DNA of 62,953 bases, counting the filler, from Neolecta irregularis DAH-3 (lineage: Eukaryota): NCBI GenBank assembly GCA_001929475.1. It is 6 parts of 6 records of this genome, joined end to end, with 100 filler letters (N's around TTAATTAATTAA, not from the genome) between each part and the next. Parts side by side here need not be neighbours in the genome. Positions count along the whole stretch, not along the records: positions 54,526 to 60,736 come from LXFE01001004.1; positions 60,837 to 62,953 come from LXFE01001006.1; 4 more parts are not named here. The stretch is one strand, 5' to 3'. The translations under genes and the position numbers were made by a program. The notes below the pieces were generated by a model. That model made no database searches. It saw only the letters and a program-made list of their open reading frames with translations, and had not been told where the DNA came from. Shown here piece by piece: positions 54,526-62,953 of the stretch. Each line of letters begins with the position of its first letter. The stretch's first letter is position 1.

Positions 54526-55245
54526 AATACACAAAAGAGGTATTGGTAACTGTTGATCAATAGATAGGACTCCAAAGAGTAGATTCTATAGGAATGGATG
54601 TATAACAAAGGGTCTTTTCCTAGGCAGCCCTAAATCCCTACAGTTAACAGTTACCCAATAGACCAAGTTCAACCCAGAATACACAGATGTAAAAAGGTGA
54701 CCTCAAAATCTACTTACTAAAGCCAACTGAGTATACTGGCAAAGTTTTATGTGTAACAAATGGAACTTTTATTATCTGCACAGAAGGGAAATGTTCTTCC
54801 CCTTCATATATCCTGAGGTTACCATATGATCGATTTTCGCCAGGACCAATGGAATGTCCTTTTTCCACCAAGCACACTCTAAATACAAAAATATTTCAAA
54901 GTTCCCCAACTACCACCATATTTTCCCCAATATCTCGCAATCCGAGTAAGCAAGGTATAGCAAACTTTACACAAGCATGTAGAGCACATTGAGGCGGACA
55001 TCTTTTGTCTATAATTCATATGGTGGATCGTCGTTGTTAAGGAACCGTTCAGGGTTTAAAGCATGAATTTCTCTTTTTTTCACATAAAATGTTGGCGTTC
55101 AGCTTAATCGATAAGGTAAGGCATCCAAATCTTTATACGTCCGGATAGAGGTAGTCGAGCTGAGTATTGCCGTCCTATATTTGCCAAGCTGGATTGAGGT
55201 GGTTAATATGTTATTGAGCTTTAAAGCAAAAGTTTTCCATAAAAA

Positions 55246-55553
55246 TGTAAACAGCTAAGATCCACGATAGTTACACAAACAAGATCACGTTACACAAGGC
55301 ACACTAGCGGATCTCGTGTGACACTCCAGGCAGTGTTGCTGAGCAAGCAACAATGAACAAGTCTATTATCTCAGAAGATACAAAGTGAGAATAGTAGGTA
55401 TGGTGGAGGTGACAACATTATATACTAAAGAAAGGTCCCTAATTAACATACGTTGTGTGACGTTGCACAATGTTATACCACATTACACAACATAGTACGA
55501 TGTAGGACAAAGTAAAGGAATTGTAGTAAGCAGATAGAGCTTATGTGCTTACA
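55246..55553 (-). mobile_element. Solo LTR (308 bp) of the neighbouring Ty3/gypsy family
   Basis: TGTAA...TTACA termini; near-identical to 60590-60736 and 55650-55851; flanks AAAAA / CAAAA (one mismatch from a 5-bp TSD); no PPT or internal sequence attached. Confidence 0.85.
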
Positions 55554-55649
55554 CAAAACCACCTCAATAGGAGAAGGTTATCTCCAATCATCCATAACCT
55601 GCATTGATGATTGTTCAGGCAATAGAGGGCNNNNNNNNNNCCATCATAC

Positions 55650-58600
55650 CTATTATCTCAGAAGATACAAACTGAGAATAGTAGGTATGGTGGAGGTGAC
55701 AACATTATATACTAAAGAAAGGTCCCTAATTAACATAAGTTGTGCGACGTTACATCAACATTGCACAATGTTGTACCATGTTACACAATGTAGTACAATG
55801 TAGGACAAAGTAAAGGAATTGTAGTAAGTAGATAGAGCTTATGTGCTTACACTCCTCCCCTCTTTCTCTTTTTGAAGGGAGTTATGATAATCAATGATCA
55901 GTGTAGCATCAACATCATTTTTGTGTACCTATTGATTGTCAGAGTGTGGCCATCCTACCCATTTGATTAGGTATTCCTGTCTTCGATATCAAGTTCTGTG
56001 GTCCAATATCTGTTCCACTTCATAGTGATCTGTGACAGGGATAACAGGGCCAGGGCATGAAAATTCTCTTTCTGGGAAAAGTGTAGCATCATTGGCAATA
56101 TATGGTTTCAACAGTTTAGCATGGAAAGTGGGGTGTAAACCATTTAGTTCCAGGGACAAGTTAAGGACATATGTTGAGGTACAGGGGTTAACTACTTTGA
56201 TAGTGAAGGGTCATAAGTAGCACTGGAAAAATTTGGTAGCTCAATTTTGCTGTTTTAGGAGGTGACATATATTTTTAGAGTCTAACATTACAGAATCACC
56301 AATGGCGTAATTGGGTTCCTGTCTACAATTTCTATTTGAATATATCATCTGTTGAGTTCGAGAATGTACAAGGTTGTCCTGAGCAATTTCATTGTAGAGA
56401 TGGATCTTGTGACACCAATCCTCCGCAGCTGGGACCGGAGAGGTGTCACTTACAATTTACGCAAAAGGTGTGGACGAGTGCCATACAGTAGTTCAAAGGG
56501 GGAGAAACCAGTAGAGGCGGAAAGCAAGTTATTCATCACCATCTCGACTTCAGGTAAGGCTTTGACCTAATTGGATTGCCTCGCATTGACATGGTAACGA
56601 ATTGCAGTTTTATTCTAATGTTCCAATACTCCGTCTGTCTCAGGGTGAAAGCATGTTGACATCCAGAGTATGATCCCGATTTTGGTGTGAATCTCCTGCC
56701 AAAAGTTTCATGTAAATCGGGTGTCGCAATCAGACACTATTGATGATGGTAACCCATATAAACAATACCATGATCAATAAATGATGTTGGCGATAGTTGA
56801 GGCTGAATCTGTGATGTGGGTCAGATGGATCTGAACAGTATTAGTGAACCGTTCAGTAATAACTAGAATAGAATCATATCCTTTGGAACGAGGCAAAGAC
56901 CCAACGAAATCCATCACTATATCGTCAAATCGGGCAATCGGAATGGGGAGCGAATGTAGGAATCCGGCCGGAGGTTGTGTCAAAGATTTCAAATGCTGAT
57001 ATTTATAGCAGGACCTTACGTATTGTTCAACATCTTTACTGAGTCCTGCCCAGTAAAGATCATTGCAGATCGCGCGATACGTCTTATCAAAGCCATAATG
57101 GCCTTGACAATAGTGGTAGGGGTGGAGTAATCGGGAGTGGATAACTTGTTGAGTCAGAATACAAAGACTATGACTGATAAAAAGAAGTCCATCCCTCTTT
57201 ATATAGTTTTCAAATCGTTCAGGGTTAGCATTTGCTGGTCAGAGAACTGGATCATCCTCATATGTGACAATAATCTTCTTAATTTCCAGTGGCGAAATTT
57301 GTAATGAGGTAAGAGTAGAGGAAACCTTGCCTCAACCACCTTCTCCCAGCCCCTCCTGCCTGACTCGTCCCCTTAATTCGTCTAATGTGCTGATAATTGG
57401 CATAACGTCTGGAGAATCTTTCTCTGTGCTGTAGTTCGGTGCTGTTTCCAGATTATCCTTGTACCGAAATGGAGTTGATCATGTCAGATTGTCCTCTTCA
57501 TCTAATTGATTGTCAGACTCGCTCTGTCTTTGTCCTTTCTTCATTGAATTCATAGAGATTGCTGAGAGGCTCATTTCCGACGTTGTATCCCCGAATCAAG
57601 GCCTATAAGTAGGAGGTCTCCCTTCTCTTTCCATCTACTGCATTTGCCCCTCTTGACCCAATGGTTCCTCGAAGCATGATAAGGCGTCTGCTGCGATGTT
57701 TACTTTCCCTTCGATATATTGTATATCGAAGTCAAACTCACTCAAGAAATCGAGCCAGCGAAGTTGTCTTCAGGATTAGTGGCTCTGGGTTTTCCAATGT
57801 TTTAACTATTCGTGATTAGTAAGTACCACTAATGGAAAGCCAACAAGGTGATGCTGCCATTTTTTGAGTGCAAATATTACCTCTAGCATCTCCTTTTCAT
57901 GGGTTGGGTAATTTGCCTTGGCCGGTGAATACTGGTGACTCTCAAATGATGCCAGGACTGCCGAGCACCAGTCATGTCCCTGTGCTATAATGCACCCGAT
58001 TCCCAGGTCACTGGTATCAGTAATCACTCATATCGGTTCATCCCATTGTTCATTGACAGGTCATAACCCAGGCATACTAACTGCTAGATCCTTTATTTTT
58101 TGAAAAGCTGCCTCCTGAGCCAATCCCCACGCAAACAGAGTGGCTTTCCTCGTCAATTTCATCAAGGGTGCTGGGTAAGTTGCTAAGTTGGGAATAAACT
58201 GACTTACCCAGTTAATGAACCTCATGAATTGCTGGACCTGCTTAATCGTCTTCAGCTGTGACCATCTTGCGATCTTGTCTACTTTCTCTAGATCGATCGT
58301 GATTCCCACATTTGATATTACCTTGCCTAGAAACTGTAATTAGTCGGCAAAGAGAACCGACTATGCTGCAGATGCTATGATTCCATTTTCCCGCAAGATG
58401 TTGAGAATTGCCTGAATGTTTTCAAGATAGTCCTTTACTGAATTAGACCATACCACAATGTCATCCAAATAAACTGGCCAACAACGCCCCAAATGATCCC
58501 TTAACAGGTAGTTCATGAATTGTTGGAATGTAGCTGGCACGTTGCAAAGGCCCTGCAGCATTACTGTCCACTCGTAAAGGCAGAATGGGGTTTTGATCAC

Positions 58601-60736
58601 AGTTTTTCATATGTCCTCTTCTTCGACTGGTAATTGATAGTAGGCATTGTTAAGATCTAACTTTCCTAGTATTATTGCCTTGGCTGCCAATTCGATTATC
58701 TCTTCTTGATGTGGCAGTGGTGTTCGTTTTTTACCGTGTTGGCAGTGAGTGCTCAATAGTCCACCACAACCCGAGGAATGGCACTGGGATCTTTTTTACT
58801 AACCATGAACACCCCAGATGATATCTCACTTGACCATTCGTATAGCCATCCTGCTCGACTATGTTACGCGAGAAATTGCTGCATGTGCGACCAATATCTC
58901 ATTGGGACTGGGAGTAGTCGGCCATTGATCTTAGTTGAATCGTCCATGAGCTGAATCCTATGTTTTGGGACACTCTTATATGGACGTCTATTCAGTAGAG
59001 ATGAAGAAAACACATTAGGGTACTCAGCAAACAATTTATTACTAAATTGTATATACTTTTCTGCAGTTGGTATCTCCCCTTCCTATTTTACTTCCAGATT
59101 TGCTACTCTTTCAGTAAAGATGATTGTTCGGTGCTCTTGGTCTGGATAACACTTGTGACCTCAGAGAAACTGTGTCCCGAGAATCACGTCATAACTTCCC
59201 AAGTGCGCGATTTTGAATGAGATCCGTACCATCGTGATGCCCACATCCAACAATCTAATTGGAGTTTTGATCATGTGCGTTATATGTGTTGCAGTAGCTT
59301 CTAACTCTTGTCGCAATTGACTCAGCTTCTCTAATTCGTATAGATCCAGGCCTCCTGCATGTTTCTGTAACATTGTTTCTGAGATGAAGTTCGACTTGGA
59401 TCCTGAATCGATCAGGGTGAGAGTTTCGATATTTCCGATCTTAATCGCCATTGTCAACTGCTCAATCGACTGACCCTGAGTTGAGTCAGGAGTCAAAATC
59501 ATAATTGAAGTATCCATGTCAGATGGTATTAACGATTCATAGGTATCTTCCAACGTAATCTGATGAATAGATTCCTGAGTCTCTCAAAAACTGTCCAGTC
59601 CTTCTGGCATTTCAATTGCCGCCTTCGCCCTATCATTCGGAACACCTGAGCGTCGAAACGGGTTGGAATTCAGCTTAGATATGTCCTTTATATATCTGTG
59701 TTCCGCGGATCCAGAAGTCGTTGCCCTGGAAGTGTTTTTACCCTGGTTTGATAAATTGGATTTACCAGGACAATCTCTAGCCCAGTGTCCTGCATTAAGC
59801 TTTCTGCAGTGCAGGCACCCATTATTGTCAGTAATGTACTGGAGCTCCTTATCCGAAAGCTTGGATAAAGCTGGTTTCCATCCTGGTTTAGTACCTGAAG
59901 GATCAAATCCTGATGATGATTGCAGATTTCGTCTTAGTTGTGATAATATGTTGTCTGCTTTCTCCCAGGTTCTAACGATTTCGTTTAATGTGACGTTTTC
60001 GAGTAATCCGGGTTCCACCTGTAATCTCAAATCGAGATTCATGCCCATGAGAATAGTTTCACATGCAAACTCTTCTTACATCTTATCTTTACCAATCTCT
60101 GTCCATAAACCTCTGACTTCAAGAGCATAGTCAGTAAATGATTTACTTCCTTGCTTCATGGATCACCATTCCTGGATTTGTAATTTTTGATAGTTAGATG
60201 GTAAAAAGTTATCTTTTAGCTCTGTCTTGAATTCATCATATGAAAGATTGTCATCTCTGACACTTTCATACCACTGTGTTGCATTACCTTCTAGGTAACT
60301 TGCTGCCACTTCTGTCTTGAGTGATTCCGGGACACCTGTTAACTTCATGTATGATGAAATTGACCCAAGCTAGGATTGCACTACTGATGGTGTACAATCC
60401 CCCTTGTATTTGGATGGGCTATCAACCTTGAATGATGGCTGCATAAAGAGTAATTTCGAGTCTTCTGACATGTCTTCTTGTTCCTGTTCTATTTCCTTGT
60501 CTTGTCCTGTTATCTTGTCCTGTGTCTTGGTTTTGTTTCGAGTTTGCATTTGCATTTTATGAGGTAGCTTATTGAATTGTTGAAAAAAGTGTAAACAGCT
60601 GAGATCCGCGATGGTTACACTAACGCGATCAGGTTACACAAGGCGCACTAGCAGATCTCATGTGACACTCCAGGCAGTGTTGCTGAGCAAGCAACAATGA
60701 ACAAGTCTATTATCTCAGAAGATACAAAGTGAGAAT
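55650..60736 (-). mobile_element. Degenerate Ty3/gypsy chromovirus LTR retrotransposon (gag-PR-RT-RH-IN-chromodomain)
   Basis: 5' LTR 60736-60590 (cut by gap), 3' LTR 55851-55650 (truncated), PPT 55868-55852. Zn knuckle CLHCRKLNAGHWARDC, protease LIDSGS, RT YLDD, RNase H YPTHEKEML, integrase HPETDG, chromodomain YEVEQILDH..YLIKWVGW; many stops and frameshifts. Confidence 0.95.
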
Positions 60737-60836
60737 NNNNNNNNNNNNNNNNNNNNNNNNNNNNNNNNNNNNNNNNNNNNTTAATTAATTAANNNNNNNN
60801 NNNNNNNNNNNNNNNNNNNNNNNNNNNNNNNNNNNN
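60737..60836. other. Artificial contig linker
   Basis: N / TTAATTAATTAA / N, 100 nt. Confidence 0.98.
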
Positions 60837-62953
60837 GTAGATGGCGTCGTGGGCGGCAGTAGTAGGATTCATTTGATTAACGAGTTGTCTGACGGGTGCT
60901 GAGTTTGGATTAGATTTTGCCCAGCCGAGTTTTTGCAGAATCCGGATATGAAAGGGGGGATTTTGGGATTCATCTTGCAAGACTTTGGGCTGGAGTATTA
61001 GTTTTGAATTTGGAGGATTCCTGCATTTCTGGATCGCGATCGTTCGTCTAAAAAGTCGTGGACGACAGCTTCTTTCATGAGCATGTTGAGAGCAGTAAAT
61101 TCTGTTTCCTCGTTGGTTGATTTTTTAAATCGTGCGAGTAGAGCAGTAAAGGACATGTTTCTACTTTTAGCTTTTGCTAGAAAAGACGTACGTTTGGTTG
61201 GGACGGCTTGTTAACAATGGCACAGTTTTTTCTATATAGGTGCGCACTTGATGTCTGCGTTTTTCTTCTTCGGGAACTTCGAAATTTTCTTGCTACAAAT
61301 TAGTCTAGTAGGGTGATTGAATACAATGACGGCGATAAACATGCTCAAGAGGATGGCTTTGATTAGCATAGTATGAATATTGCGTACTATTTGCAAAAAA
61401 GAACCACGCGATGAAAAAGATTGCGGGGATCCATCTTGTGGCGTTGTCGACATAGGTGGTGCTGCCGTAGAGGATGATTGTCCAGTTTTCTGAGCTCAGG
61501 ATCTGGTACATGGCCAAGAAGCTGTTGAATAGAGATCTAAAGTTGATTGGGCTGCTAGAGTCTGGGATGTAGCCTCTCATGAACTGTATGGCGAAGAGGG
61601 CGACGACAAAAGTGATGAAGAGGAGAAAAAAGATCAAGTTGAGCATGCCTTGCCAGTTTCCCAAGACGGTTTCCTGGGGTTAACAGGGAATGCAGCGACA
61701 TACCAATAGTCTGTGGGAGATGGGGACAGCGATGATGAGGCGGTATATTCTGAGGATTTGAAAGATTGTGAGCCAGGGGTATGATGGCGAATTGTGGATT
61801 GAAGGGATTTGAATGATGCAGGTGGCGATGACGAGAAAGAGATCAAACAAGTTTGTGGGCGAGTGAAAGAAGGATCTCCAGTTTGGGAAATGGATTGCGA
61901 AACGCACGATGATTTCGAGAGCAAATATGGCGGTCATTGCCGATTCGGCGAGGGCTGGATTAGTGGTAAAGGTAAAAGGGCGATACAGAGGAATGTGGCT
62001 GATTGTGAAGACATTTCAGCCTGTGTAAAGGACTGAAAGGTCATGTCCAAGGCGACGAGGGCGACCCAGAAGAGTCTAGTTTTTTTGAAAAGGAGTTGCG
62101 GGGGGGATTGTCTCTGGGGGAGAGGGGGGAATTGCGGGGGGTGTGGGTCTTTTAGTTTTGACTCTTCTCTGATGAGACTAAAGGAGGAGGTGATTACTGC
62201 GATGACGAGGTTGAGGAGCCAAAAGGTGAGGACCATTCCGGCAGCGATAAAGTCTGGGATTAGCGACGCAGTGCGGTGGCATACAAAAGCAGGAGGCGTA
62301 GTAGTCCGAGTCGATAGTGTAGTACATGAGGTCTGTAAAGGTATTGAAGCTCATGATGACGGCGACGAGTTCGAGGGAGTGCCAGATGTTGTCGAAGCTG
62401 ACAGAATTGTTGTAGGGGTTCTGGTCCTCTACGCAGAGGAGGCCTGGGGGGCAGAGGTAGCCTTTTGGGGAGTAAGGGGAGGGCGAGCCATCGAGGTGGA
62501 GAAAGGGCAGCGGGAGGCCAGCGGGGGAGAGGTGGCCGCCGCAGAACTGGAAGGGCTGGGTGTAGTTTTGCTGTGTGGGATCTGGGGCGATCCAGACGCA
62601 GTTGCGGCGGAAGGAAGACTTGAAGCTCTGGACGCCGATGATGGCAAAGAGGAGCCAGAAGAAGGCGACGAAGAAGGCGACGTTGAGGAGGAGGGGCGCG
62701 GAGAGCTTGAGGCTGCGGAGGATGCTGGTGTTGCCGCGGGTGATGACGAGGAGGCGCAGGATGCGGAGGCAGGCGAGCATGCGGAAGACATGGAGGGGGT
62801 AGCGGTCGTCGAGGGAGACAGAGACCCAGAAGGCGAGCACGGCGACCAGGTCGAGCCTGTTGAACGAGTGGCGCAGGAATGCGGTGCGTGCGGGGGTGGC
62901 TGGACCGGAGAGACCTGAGAGATACGAGGGGGGGATTGAGGGGGGGATTGAGG
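60837..62953 (-). CDS. CCH1: Voltage-gated calcium channel Cch1 (internal fragment, repeats I-II)
   Basis: FRMLACLRILRLL (S4), IGVQSFKSSFRRNCVW, SFDNIWHSLELV..SFNTFTDLMYY, LAMYQILSSENWT. Confidence 0.93.

Noticed and set aside
54526..55245. Possible gene fragment left of the solo LTR
   Set aside because: Stops in the frames examined and no recognisable homology.
59584..59586. In-frame TGA between gag and pol as programmed readthrough
   Set aside because: The element has many CGA-to-TGA-type stops; mutation is the simpler explanation.
62927..62953. GGGGGGGATTGA tandem repeat as telomeric sequence
   Set aside because: Only two units; reads as a Pro/Gln/Ser low-complexity stretch in the CCH1 frame.

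Overview
Gene-dense ascomycete fungal DNA with very short introns (mostly 30-55 nt). The gene content and style suggest an early-diverging ascomycete (Taphrinomycotina, Neolecta-like; inference only). The window is six contigs joined by artificial 100-nt N/TTAATTAATTAA/N linkers, so gene order across the linkers is unverified. Housekeeping genes: DOCK GEF, histidine phosphatase, SCP2, RIB4, COG4, HST2, JHD1, CYR1, THOC7, OPT transporter, TAF1, alpha-arrestin, PWP1, malate synthase, UreD, three tandem GH76 genes, synaptobrevin, ARG5,6, CCH1. Also present: a BUD23 pseudogene, a hAT-like transposon end and a decayed chromovirus with a solo LTR. The highlight is an intact 7-exon, ~929-aa cytosine-5 DNA methyltransferase. 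It is RID/Masc1(DNMT4)-like but keeps the canonical ENV motif, ends in an Stc1-like zinc finger, has a URS1-like element upstream and lies tail-to-tail with DMC1. The repeats in the window show CpG-deamination footprints. Together these suggest a possible small-RNA-linked, sexual-cycle repeat-methylation system (hypothesis). A second notable signal is a GC peak with an abrupt G/C-skew inversion between two same-strand genes at ~24.3 kb.
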